This document shows positions 14,586 through 26,800 of a stretch of 64,000 bases of DNA, piece by piece. Below the pieces are notes generated by a model. The model worked only from the letters and a program-made list of their open reading frames with translations, was not told the origin of the DNA and did not search any database. The DNA lies in the NCBI GenBank assembly GCA_046563655.1, contig CM102290.1, positions 7,254,001 to 7,318,000 of the forward strand. The letters run 5' to 3'. The stretch comes from Yuukianura sp. NJ FZ-2021. Its lineage: Eukaryota. A program made the translations under genes and the position numbers. Position 1 is the stretch's first letter; each line of letters opens with the position of its first letter.

Positions 14586-17500
14586 TTAAACTTCGGAAGA
14601 ACCAAAGTAAACCACTAGCTCTTGGAATGTAATTCGATTTTTTGGATCTTCCTCCCAGCATTGCAGCATTACGTCGTACCCGTGAGATGGACATCCGTCT
14701 GGTTTCTCCAATCGCCTCCCCTCCAATATCAATTCCACCACCTAATCAAACAAAAAGTTACATTCTTTAGCTTTTTTTAAAAAAATAATGCACTTCTTTT
14801 TTTTTTGTTCAAAGCTGCTTAAGAGTTATTTTCAGATCATAAAACGTGAAAACAGTCTCAACTTTTTTAGTCTCAAACCGAAGCCGGAATTTTCTACCGA
14901 AAAAAAAATCGGAGAAAATTTTTGGCTGAAACATATGCAGTTTTTCATTTCACTTTGCATAATATTGTAAACCTTTTTTTTTCAATTTCCAGGAAATCAT
15001 TTTTTCAGCCAACATATTTTTCGTCTACTATTCGTATTTTTGCAACTTGCTGAAGATACTTCTCTGGTTTACAACAAAATAGAGCTTTCTGTTTTCTGTT
15101 TTATGGTACTGGAAGGAGTTATTTTTTAGGCGTAGGAATTGTCACAAGGGGACAACATAATTTGAGGATATCCATTCGAGGATGCCCATCAAGTCAATGT
15201 TATGTCCATACCTCTCTCCCCTCCAAATCCGGAAATGGAGTTTCTCCAAACGAATACATTTCCCAAATTGTTACTCCAAAAGACCAAACATCACTGGCAT
15301 GAGTGAATGTGGCTCGTGTAGTTGACTCTGGAGCGTACCTAGAACACATAGTGCGAAAAAAAAGTCACCAGAAAAAGAAAACGCAATTGAGGTTACATTG
15401 GAATCCATTTGTGTACCATTTCACTGGCCATCTTCCACCCTTGGACGCTGTGTAGTAATCCTGGTCCGAACCCAGGCATCTGGACAAGCCAAAATCACTG
15501 ATCTTAGCCAAGTCACGTCTTGCAAGTAAAATATTCCTTGCCGCCAAGTCCCTGTGCACCAACTTCTGATTTTGCAAGTAACACATGCCTGAGATAAATG
15601 TTATAAGAGAAGTTTAGGTTTCTTTTAAACATTTTATACAATAACTATTTCACTGTAAAGCTCTTGTGATATGTACCTTTGGCTATTTGATGAGCCCATA
15701 AGCGGATATCCCCGTCTACAGAAATTTCATCTTGGTGCTCCACTAAATAATCTCGAAGCGATCCAAGACTCATCAGCTCTTGAATCTGAAAAAAAAATTC
15801 TTAATTTAAGCATGTGTTACTTCATGAGATATCTGAATCTGTATATTTCCCAGAATAGTTATATCTCACCGTATTAACCTCTTAGGTTAAAACCATAAAT
15901 TAAATCCGTAACAAAAGTTTGTCATTCTGTAAGCAATTTCAATATCATATCGTAGCCGAATTGCCAAATTACTTACCATGTACGTCTCTCCATCCCATGA
16001 GAATCCAATGAGCTTGACAATATGCTCATGATCCAAGTTGAGCATTAAATTGGCCTCCCGTATGAATTCCTCCCTCGCATACTCGTTAAGATCCTGGTTG
16101 AGCCTTTTCACTGCTACTGGTACACTTCGCTCCCCTGGAACGCGGAGTTCTGCTTCATTTACAAATCCAAACTCACCCTCTCCCAGCGCTCGGCCAAGAA
16201 CAATCCACTCGGATGGAATGTTGTCTAAAATTTATGAAACTTAGTTTAGAATTGCAGAAGATGCATGTAAAGTATGCCACCCACACCTTTTGAGAACGTA
16301 TGGGCGTTATTGTTTATGAACTGAGTTGCAAATCCATTATTTGGAGATGAACGAGGAGTTCGCTTTGGGAGCGGCGGAGGACGTAAAAGTGGACCAGGAG
16401 AGCGTACAAATTTGGCAGGACTGACAGCAACTTGAAGTGTGGTTGGAAGGCCGTCTGCCCAGCGAGCATAATGTTCCACCAATTCGGCCATGGAGTCAAA
16501 GTACGGTCCATTGTCAAAGTGGAAGTATTTTCCCTGAAATTAGAGGAAAGTTACTAATTAAGGTTGGAAGCTTAACAGGTAAACAAAATTACTTTTTTGA
16601 GGATTGGATAGTTGGTAAGGTTTGGCTGGCTTCTGAGATACAACACCGTGAGCACATCTGCTCTCTGCTTTTCTGAGTAGCGAATGAGGAAGAAACCTCG
16701 GCTTGGGTCGTCGTACTCTTCCTGTGTCTTTTCTAGGCGATGATGAGCCTCACCCCTGGAGATGCTGTCGTGGTACCAATCTTCGCGACTCGTTTGTGGT
16801 TCCGGTGGAATATAATTCTCTAAAGTTACAAAAATAAAACCGGACAGTTGCAGATAAACACGATGTCAGAGACGCGAAAACACAAATTACCCAAGAATTG
16901 AGCAGTCTCCTCATGGTTCGATTCTTTGGCAAGATCCAACGGTAGTCTGTCATCGAATGTACGTGGCCGGAGAGCAACGTGATATTTACATAGAAGAATT
17001 CTTACACAGTCTAAATTTCCTCTCGCCGCTGCTTCATGAAGCGGAACCCAGTCTTGGTACTCTGTTTTGGGTTGAAGTAAACTTTGAGGCCGTCCGTTTT
17101 ACCCCCCAAATTGCAATGTATTGTACCCCCCTGTGTTAATCCATCGCAGGAAATTCAAAAAAAAAACAACAAACCGCACCCTCTAGTGTTTGTTTGTTTA
17201 GTTGCACAGAGATTTCTTCACTGTGCCCCCCCCCCCATTGGAAGGGCAATTTAGGAAGTGGCAACGCCGGAGGTTTTGAAACTAATGATTGAATTGATTT
17301 GTTATGGAAATTATTTCAATTTCGATATTCAATTAAATTAGCCGAGCGAAGCGAGGCTAGGTTAGGTCAAGTTACGAAATTGCTAACCTAATACTGATTT
17401 CTTCGTTTTTCTGGTCACAACTGTAATTAATGCTAGCCTCGCTTCGCTCGGCTAATTTAATTGAACATTAGAATTGAAATATTTACCAGAAAATGATTGT

Positions 17501-18933
17501 ATGCAGAGGGATAATGTGATAAATGATTTAAAAAAAACTCCAGCGTTGCCACCTCTTAAACTCAATGGAGGGGTACAATGAGGGGGTACAAAGCAAAAAT
17601 CTCTTCCAAACTGAAGACAGTTGCAATAGAGAGCGCGATTTGTTGCTTTTTTGAATTTGCCGCCACGGATTATAATGGGAGGGGAGGGGGGGTTTACAAT
17701 ACAATGCAATGTGGGGGTTAGGTTAGGTTAGTTTGCAATTGATAACATTATTTAAAAAAATCGAACGAAAAATCGAAAATAGTTACCGTCATCCCTTCTA
17801 ATCCATGGAATTGCGTTTCCAATGCTCGGGTTCATGAGGATCTCTATAGTTTCCGGATGGTTCATAAGGGATGCGTACTACAAAATAAAATTCTCGTGAG
17901 CTACGGGTCGTAATTGACGATCATGTCTATGTCAAATACATAACCATGCAATACATTTGAAGACGTACGTGGAGCGGAGTACAACTCCTTGAGTCTTTGG
18001 CATTCACGTTACATTTGGCACCAATTAGAATTTGTAGAACTTCATTGTTTCCGTGATAAGCGGCTGACGGAAATAAAGGAAAAATCATACGATCCTCTTA
18101 GGAAATATTAATTTACTAGTCCCTGGTAAGCTCACCAATGTGCACAGCAGTTTGTCCATCGTCATTTTTAGCTTCCAGGCTTCTGTAACTGGAAGTAACC
18201 ATTGAACGCACGACTGCTACAGAATCCTTTGTATCTAAACAAAATTATATACACAACAAAGTTTGACTGAGCTCTATGTGAGATGATGCTAGGATTTTTT
18301 GTAACAGTTATTCATTCCGAATTAGTATTTACCAGTAACAGCGGCAACACGATGAAGTAAATTCACTCGACCATGGCGCTTGCAGTCGGCAGGAGGAGGT
18401 AAACCAACAAGTGGTTTATGTAAGGGAATATGTTGAGTACCCACTACTAGCTCACCTTCCTTCAAATAGAATTTGATCAATTCGTCGAGCCCGTGTATCA
18501 CATTTTGGTGATCCTGATCTAAAATGGTAAAAGAAAGCATATTCGAAATCGAATTTAAAGATGAATGCTATCAATTCACCCCCAACTTTTCCTAACCAAT
18601 TGAGAAGAAAGCATCATTCTCGTGACGAAGGATTTGAATATGATGTATTTTGTCCGCCCAGAGAACTGAAAGAACGTAGTCACCCGGGGAACTCGTACTT
18701 TCCCGAACTAAGAAACTTCCCCCAGATCCTAAAAGAAAAGTCAACAGAAAATGTCATCTACAAGTATTACTGAACTCTAACAATTACTTACAAACAACAC
18801 ATAACCAATCATCACTAGTATCAAAAATACCGTCTTTTCGCAGTGTAATTTCCGCAAGCTCTCTTGAAAGACTTCCATGATACCAATTGAAATCACGGTC
18901 TTCTGTACTACTTCCTAACGTCCCTGTCGCCAT
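14586..18933 (-). CDS. Shark: Shark-family non-receptor tyrosine kinase (SH2 - ankyrin repeats - SH2 - kinase), multi-exon
   Basis: ATG at 18933 gives [24 protein letters not shown]. Spliced exons give SH2 ([17 protein letters not shown]...[11 protein letters not shown]), ankyrin repeats ([32 protein letters not shown]) and a second SH2 (WYHDSISR...FLIRYS...[14 protein letters not shown]). The kinase has [37 protein letters not shown] and SDVWSFGV. Ends FGSSEV-TAA at 14586-14588. The SH2-ANK-SH2-kinase order is diagnostic. Confidence 0.95.
17102..17717. mobile_element. Foldback/MITE-like non-autonomous element in a Shark intron
   Basis: Left end CCCCCAAATTGCAATGTATTGTA matches right end TACAATACAATGCAATGTGGGGG in reverse complement. 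Inverted homology continues inward (GTGGCAACGC/GCGTTGCCAC; TTCAATTAAATTAGCCGAGCGAAGCGAGGCTAG at 17328-17360 vs its reverse complement at 17433-17465). TTA lies on both flanks. No coding capacity. Confidence 0.8.
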
Positions 18934-19609
18934 TGGAACTCGCAGTGTAGTCGCCAAGATGGTATGCTAAAACTACACAAATGAAATGTGTAACGGTACC
19001 AAGGAGTGACAGCCACAATTTGCATAATACTTACTTTAAAGACGGACGGACCTAATGCAGGGTCAGAAACTCATATGACAGCACGCAGAGCGACGACCTA
19101 AGTATAAATAAAGACCACCGTATGATATCAATATCAACGAAAGCTCGTTTTGACGTAATTCTTACCGTCCTAGAATCGACTGCTCAAGTAGACTTAAACT
19201 GCCTTCTCATAGTTTGATTATCCAACTGGAACAGAGTTAATGGCTCCATTGTCTCAGTAACTTCTATTTACATCCCAAATCCCCACCCGTTTCCAAAACT
19301 CCCTCAGTCAAGGAAGGCAGTTGACGAGACAATTTCCTAAAACATGAATGACGTCCTCTTTCTTACGGATTGTGCTGGATATCTTAAACGACGAACGATA
19401 AGTGACTTCTCAAGTTTCAGGAAAAGTAAGACTAATCGTAAGTTAGACTAACTATGACTTTCTGGATGTCGTCATCGCGGGCCCTGACTAAAAGTCTGAA
19501 GTGCTGCCTGAAGTTGCTACCTATCTGATGTGGCCGTAACTTTGTCCAGGAGCTTAGGAAATGACTGGAAACCACAAAAACAAGACTCCAGTGACCTCCT
19601 TGTTCGGTT

Positions 19610-20178
19610 TCACCACTGGGAAATGCTGGAAAGTCATGGGAGGAGAAACAACCACTTTAATTTGCTATCTGAAGTTGGACCTACTATTCCACTGATTCGT
19701 CTGAAGTCCATGTATTTTCGCGTAAGAAAGCGGGAAATGCTGGGAAGGAACCACTTCCCAGTATTCATTCCATCGTTTTGCACCAATGTAAAATGCTGGG
19801 AAGTTGCGGAGGGAAAACTACCACTTTATGTCTACTGTGTAAAGTGTTCAAAATTTTTCCTAGAGAAGTGGGAAATCCTGGGAAGTCACAAACTTATTTC
19901 AAAGTGCATGCATAGCTCATTAGTTTGTACCACTGGGAAATGCTGGGTAGTCCCTACGGAGAAAACGGTTGAAGTGAGATATGCCTCCACTGGAAATTCC
20001 ATAAAAGAATTCCACCGGAAAGTAAGTTCCACTATAAATCTTAAGTTGCACTGGAAATTAAATTGGGAATTTTAAGTTCCATTGGAGGTTCCACTGTGAA
20101 TTCCATTCGAAGTTCCACTGGAAATTTTAAGCTCCGCTGGAGATTTCATTGAAAGTTCCACTGCCAGTTTGAAGTTCC
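19610..20178. repeat. Degenerate tandem array (CCACTGGGAAATGCTGGGA units, then TTCCACTGGAA-type short units)
   Basis: GGGAAATGCTGG-like motif recurs at about 19618, 19732, 19790, 19870 and 19936. AAGTTCCACTGGAA-like units run from about 19985 to 20178 and resume at 21367-21398 after the inserted element. Confidence 0.7.
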
Positions 20179-20317
20179 GGTTGAAGTAAACTTGGGCCGC
20201 GCGCCTGTCCCCACTCGTTCAAATTTTCGCGCTGCTTCTATTCTCCCCACTTGGTGGGGACAAATGTGTACCCACAGCCTTAAATCGACTCCTCCTAGCG
20301 GCTGGAGTGGAACTAGC

Positions 20318-20811
20318 GGTTCCATGCCATTGGTTCAAATGAATTGGTTCAACTTCAAATCCAATTGGTTAAAAGAAAAGGTTCAAAACCAATTGGTTCA
20401 AGAGCCCAATTGGTTCAAGCGGCAAATTGGTTCAAGAGCAAATTGGTTCAAAACTAATTGATTCAAGACTCCAATTGGTTCAAAAGACTAATTGGTTCAA
20501 AACCTAATTAATATAAAAAACAGGTTGCAGAAACCTAACTAACCTAACTTAGCACCCCTACAGTGGATTTAATAACCGAACCTAACACCGCGCCTTCGGC
20601 GCGGGAAGATAACACAGAATTTAACACTAATAAATATAGTTGATTAGTTTTTGAACCAATTTGCCTATTGAACCAATTGGTTTTGAACCAATTGTTTCTT
20701 GAACCAATTTGCCTATTGAACCAATTGGCATCTTGAACCAATTGGTTTTGAACTTTTTCATTTGAACCAATTATATTTGAACCAATTCATTTGAACCAAT
20801 GGCGTGCTCCC
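20318..20811. mobile_element. MITE with ~15-bp subterminal tandem repeats (AATTGGTTCAA), inserted in the left TIR of the outer element
   Basis: Starts GGTTCCATGCCATTGGTTCAAATGAATTGGTTCAA and ends TTGAACCAATTCATTTGAACCAATGGCGTGCTCCC. 8-bp direct repeat GAACTAGC at 20310-20317 and 20812-20819. Removing it restores the match to the outer element's right TIR. Confidence 0.9.
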
Positions 20812-20864
20812 GAACTAGCGAATTCGAGCTGGCAACGTCGTACCGTTGCTCCAGTGCCGACCCA

Positions 20865-21152
20865 GGGCACATGTAATAAATATAGTGAGACTAAATCAGG
20901 AAACCCTACAGACATAATCACTATTGTAGGACAATCACAGACGTAGTCACTATTGCATGCTTAACCAAACCTAACGGCGCGCCTTCGGCGCGGAAACTGC
21001 ATTGTACAAAGAAGTTTCGTGCTGAAACTTCACGAAGAAGTTTGCAGTTTCCGCGCCGAAGGCGCGGCGTTAGGTTTGGTAAAGCACTCAATAGTGATTA
21101 CGTCTGTAGGTTTGGCTGACTAAAAGTCTCGAAATAGTGATTAGATGTTCCC
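20865..21152. mobile_element. Small foldback element/palindrome inside the outer element
   Basis: Ends GGGCACAT...ATGTTCCC. Arm CAGACGTAGTCACTATTG...AACCAAACCTAACGGCGCGCCTTCGGCGCGGAAACTGCA matches TGCAGTTTCCGCGCCGAAGGCGCGGCGTTAGGTTTGGT...CAATAGTGATTACGTCTG. No clear TSD. Confidence 0.7.
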
Positions 21153-22313
21153 TAGTTTCTAGTGGGCTTCTCTACAGCGGGTTTTTTACATTGAAGCAAC
21201 ACTACAACGTTGCCAGTTCGAATTCGTTAGTTCGACACCAACCGCTAGGGGAGTCGTTGTTTAAGGCTGGTGGGGAAACATTTGTCCCCACTTGGTGGGG
21301 ACAATAGAAGCAGCGCGAAAACTTGAACGGGTGGGGACAGGCGCGCGGTCCACGTTTACTTCAAGCGAAGTTCCACTTGGAATTTTAAGTTCCGCTGGAC
21401 ACTATTTTTGTATTGACAAGTTTCTGTCTCCATTTATGGTTTGACTTAAGTTCCCTTGGGTGACCTTTGATCTTTATATTAGAGCGCAGAGGTCAAGGAA
21501 CCCTCCCTGCAACCCCAGCCGCATGCATTTAAAGGCCTCTTATACTCGATCCGTATTCGTATGCCTAAACATTTTAAAACTAGGCAATCCGTGGCGCCGC
21601 CTAATAGGATAGAAATAGCAACTCAGTCTCAGTGTGCGTTAGGTGAACCCTCTCAAAGAAATCAGAGGAGTCAGACAAATCCGACCTTTAGCCAACCCCG
21701 GACAGACATCTCGCCTTATGTAGATGATGAAATACTTTTCCGAAAGTTTTATGTCGCACACAAATTTTGTGTCGTGAGAAATTGTGGAATTCGGGTTGAA
21801 ACGGGATATTTTATTGTCTCTATTGTTTCCATACTTATTATCATAACATATAAACATAATGATTAATTTAGTAATTTTTGCTGTAATTCTAAACATTACA
21901 ATATTTTACAGTTTACTTGGTTTTCCACTGATTTTATTTACGCCGATGAGCTATCTATGGACGTTACATTTCTACAAATTATAAAAAAAGTATTCTTTCT
22001 TCTTTGAAGAGAAGAGGGAATGTGATCAAACTCGGGCCGAAGAGGTAGATCCCTCTAAATAAGCCAGGAGTTGACCTAATAACTCCGGTATTGCCTCAAA
22101 TTTTACCTGTTTTTTGCGTTAACTAGGGTTATGCAAAATCTGAAAGCTTGCTAACCTGCCTTTCAATTCACCTTTTCCTAAACCTAAAATAGTCGTAGGC
22201 TTATTTATTAACTGCAGGTGCTAAGTAAATTATTGATTGCTAAAAAATAAATATAAGAAAAACAAGCACCAACCTAGAATCGAACCTATTGTACATGCAC
22301 TACACTCTGTACC

Positions 22314-23029
22314 GGTGCGGTTCCATGCCATAAACAGCCAAATTAAAAAGAGCCAATCAAAAAGAGCCAATTTCCAAAAGAACCTATGCCATAACAGCCA
22401 ACTTCAAAAACAGCCGATTTTAAAAACCATGAATTTCGAAATAAAGCAAGTGTTCGAATTTACTAGGTTCCTGTTGCCTTATTTTTGCTTGGAATTTTCC
22501 ATAATGTAAGGTTTCAGATTTAACGAAAATGAATTAGGAGTAAGACTCGGACTACACTATTTGACTCTTTGGACTAGTTTTTAAGAAACTTTATTATTTT
22601 TGTCACTACATACTAATAGGTTAACTTGGATTCTTGAGACTTGTCGCAGTATTATACTATAGAAATTAAGAATGGTTAGGATTATTCGTTTTATCCGGGG
22701 ACCAGAGAAATACACAGAACGCACAAATAGCTGAAACGGAGCATAGTTTGGATTTGATTGTTATATATCACTACTTCCTTAGTAAACTTTGGTTTGAATT
22801 TAAATACGTTCGTAGTAAATTGGAACACTTGTTTTATTTCGAAATTCATGCTTTTTGAACTCGGCTCTTTTTGAAATAGGCTCTTTTTGAAACTGGCTCG
22901 TTTGGCATAGGCTCTTTTGGAAATCGGCTCTTTTTGAAATTAGCTCATTTGGCATAGGATCTTTTGGAAATTGGCTCTTTTTGATTGGCTCTTATGGTAT
23001 AGCCTCTTTTTAATTTGGGACCTGTTACG
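22314..23029. mobile_element. MITE with ~15-bp subterminal tandem repeats (AAAAAGAGCC/GGCTCTTTTT) and a 9-bp flanking direct repeat
   Basis: AAAAGAGCC/AACAGCC units at 22331-22416 are inverted as GGCTCTTTT units at 22863-23010. CTCTGTACC flanks it at 22305-22313 and 23030-23038. The extreme termini are degenerate. Confidence 0.75.
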
Positions 23030-23885
23030 CTCTGTACCCCATACTACTTGACCAAACATAAGTTGTTGTAGAAGGGCTGAGAATGATAGATTTTATCTTT
23101 TCTCATGAAAAAATTTTTGAAAATGTACCGTCGGTTCGTTTATCGACACATACTTTCAAGGTGTCATGGAGCCCCCTGGTGGGGCTTATTCTGAAACAAA
23201 ACGTACGCCACGTTTTGTTTTTTGAAAAATTAGCTGAATTTAGAAGGTTCTACCTTCTCCATCCGACTTTATGCATTGATCCGGTTCCCTCTTCAGTTTT
23301 GTTTCTATTCATTTGAGTATAGATACGTGACGATTCTTGAATATGTAGCCTCCATCTTAACTTTTAAAATTGTAAACTTTTTGAAAAATGATTTTCGGAC
23401 AACAAAGGTTTTTTTTTCTCTCACTAAAACTAAATGATCTCGAATTTCCCAGTTAAATTGACGTTCACGAAAATCTATTTCTACAAACACAACATGGATC
23501 ACAGTATATGATGTAAAGTATAACACCAGTTTTAAGTTACACTGTTACGTTTACGTTACAATTTAAGCATATCATTTACTTTTTACGGAATTATAATTTT
23601 TTGTTTCATATTGTCAACAGTTTTCCGCTTACTCGCAACGTAGTATTGTCATTTTTTTCCACCTTTGAAACAATACGATATTTGATATATTCTCGCAATA
23701 CCAAATTCTCACTTCCCGTAACTTTGTCCCATCAACTAGACTATAAATAGGACGTCAATTTTTGTGCTAAATATGACTAACTTTGGAGAAGTTTCAAATT
23801 TAACGACAGTTATTATGACACTGCTTGCTTTCCTTTTTAGTTTCTGGAAGTTACTCATGACTCACTTCAAACTTTCCGCTAAAAT

Positions 23886-26800
23886 TTAGATTTGTGTCTC
23901 CGAACTCAGTTTTCCGTTTCTAGTTCGTTCGGGAACTGGCGGCGGCAAAATGACGCTTCGATTTTCCAGCTTATGAATCGATGATCGGCGTCTGTTGATC
24001 AGAATCGATTCGAACGGAATCGCACCGCCGCCGACTTCAACGCCGCTCCGGAACGAAACGGTTGACATTCTACGCTCATCCATGCGCTCCAGCTCCGCTC
24101 GAGACAAGTGGTGCACGATCCCTGCTCCGTAGGCATCTCCCAACACATTAATCGAAGTTCGGATTCTATCCCTGACAAATGTTACAACAATAGTTACCAT
24201 GGTTACGTTTTGGCTTTGCTAGTCGTTCGGATGGTTAACACTTCTAACCATTCATTACTGATATTGATCAACAATATTGATCTTGAAAGATGAAAAATCA
24301 TGGTCAATCTAACTTACAGGAGCCAATCAACGGTTAGTAGAAGTGGAACGTCAGATTTCGGCAGGCCTAGTGAGTCAAGGACAAGCAGCATCGTGATCAG
24401 TGCTGCGCTAGGAATTGACGCTGCACCGACGCTGGCCAACGTTGCGGTGAGACTAAAAAGTGCCAAATTGGGAATAAAAACATTACTGTGACTTATTTTT
24501 TTTTTTTCAAGTTTGAGTTGGTTTGGGAAATTTTTTAGGAAGAACAATTTCACCTGACGGTAATGATTTCTCCGAATCCAAGATAGACGCCGTTCATCTG
24601 CGCAATGAAAATAGCCGCAACGGCTTCGTACAGCGCCGTTCCATCCATGTTCACAGTAGCACCCACTGGAATCACGAATCTCGTAACCCGCTTGTCAACC
24701 TTGTTGTTCTCTTCCAGACAGCGGAAGGTTATGGGAAGAGTGGCCGCGCTGGAGATAACACAAATTTAAAATAAAAAAAAGTTTGAAAGTCAAAATTTTG
24801 ACTTTAAGCTTTACCTAGATGCTGTGCCGAGGGCTGTTACCCATGCTTGCAGCATTCCCTTGAAGAACGTTCCAGGATTCCTCTTTGTCACCAGAAAGTA
24901 AATAAGGGGCAGAGTGATGATGGCGTGGATTGCCAGTCCAGAGATGACAGTTACCATGTACCAACCCAGTTGACTCAGCGTCTTCGTAATGTTGGCAATC
25001 GCCATCAGCTTTCCAGCGATTAAACACGTTATGCCAAATGGAGAGAACCTGCGCAATCACAGGAAACCCATTTACCCTAGACCCGTTGTGGCCTTTGGTT
25101 TTATTCGGTGCGTACCACATTATCATCCCAACCATCCTCATGATGATGTCGTTGAGAGCACTGAAAAATTCGATCATGACGCGACCTTCTGGACCCAACT
25201 CACCGCACAGTAGACCGAACCCGAGACAAAATACAATGAGGCCCATAACGTTCGTTCCATCCTTCATTACCTGGCGCTTAGTGTACACTGGAGGATCATC
25301 TTCAGAGGCGTTGACAAGCTAAAAGTCAGATAATATCAGACGGTCAACCGGTTTATATCGCACATGTCAGAAAATACAGTCGGCCAGTTATGGGTTCTAC
25401 CGCGCAAGTCAGAAAACATCCAATGGTCAGCCGGTTTATACCGCGCAACGAAGAAAACCTTAGACATAGGATGTTTTACTCAGCGTATTGTCAGCGAACT
25501 TCGAACGTAAGATTGCGGTGCATTTCTTGCAAACTCGGCGGTCAGCTGATATGGATCGCAAAAGCCTGTAGTCAGCGGATTACCAAGTAGCTGAACTCGA
25601 CGGTCAGCTCACTTTATAACGGGTAAGTCAGACAACTTTTCATATCTGTTATATCATCATTGCCATATCATTTGCTGTCACTATCACTCCTTTGTGTGAC
25701 GCAGCGGGTACGTAAAATAATTTATAGTAGTTAGTCATGGTGTACCTAACCGTTGCCATGTAAGACCTAGTAACCGGCGGCAAAAGGTTTTGAAATTTCA
25801 AAATGACCCTTTTGATGCTTACAATTTGCTTCTTGTATTCAGTTGCACTCTGTTCGATACACGCTTGAACCAAGTTCTCTGGAAACAAATTCCTGGAAAA
25901 GAGACAACAAAAGTTTGTTACTCAGAAATTTTGCAAAGAGAAAAAGGGCTCGATTTCAAGTGTTTCTTCATGTTTTTGACATGAACCGTTACAGAGTTTT
26001 TGTCAACAAAAAATATCAGTTTCAGGTTTTTAGTTTCAGATGTATTGTTTAGAATTCAAAATATTATAAGGATGAAAAACAACTTAAACGTTTCAAAGCG
26101 TTTCGAAGCTACCTTACAACGTCATCATTTTACATAAAACAAATCAGCTAGAACGTAGATTCAAATTTCGACTTTCCCGCGAAGAATTACAACGAAAAAG
26201 TCAAAGTTTTCCGCAGAATTCTACACTGCAACTACGCTTACCTTGTACAATTCTCCTTCCATTGGAAAACAAAATTAAAAAACTGTAGACAAGAAGGTTT
26301 TACCAGTAATTACGTAAAGACAAGAGCCTGTTATATTATAGTAAAACCTTTTACATATTTAATAATACTATAATATATTATATATTAAACAAAAATTAAT
26401 TAATATATCATTATTTAAATAAATGATGTAATGTACCTAGCGATGTCCAGAAGAGCATCCACCGTTGTCACTTGAGCTGCGTCGTCTTTGTCAAAATTTT
26501 GTTTGATTGATACGTCACCCGGATGAATGACCACAACCATGATGATCCCAACCTACAAACATTCAAATTTTCAATTTTTCCGTACTTTTCTTTCTCAACA
26601 TTGTTTTTGCCAACTTTTTCAGAAAACTTACAATCGCAGCTAGGATTGTAGTGACCAAGTAGTAAATCAGAGCGCGTGAGCCCATCCTCCCGGATGACTT
26701 GGCGTCCAACTGAGCCATTCCTGTTAACATTTCCAAAATTCTTGGAACAAAGTTTTTTTTCCAAGATTTTGATTTCTTTTTCAAACCTGTGATGAGTGAG

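Larger units (their letters stand above)
20179..21366. mobile_element. Non-autonomous DNA transposon with long terminal inverted repeats and 8-bp target-site duplication (outer element of a nested set)
   Basis: Left TIR GGTTGAAGTAAACTTGGGCCGCGCGCCTGTCCCCACTCGTTCAAATTTTCGCGCTGCTTCTATT matches the right end AATAGAAGCAGCGCGAAAACTTGAACGGGTGGGGACAGGCGCGCGGTCCACGTTTACTTCAAGC. GAAGTTCC flanks both ends (20171-20178 and 21367-21374). Confidence 0.9.

Noticed and set aside
19530..20075. 181-aa plus-strand ORF
   Set aside because: It is the translation of a degenerate DNA repeat (recurring WEML/KCW words), starts at GTG and has no domain or splice support.
20192..20741. ORFs with NWFK/QIGS repeats
   Set aside because: These are read-throughs of the 15-bp MITE subterminal repeats.
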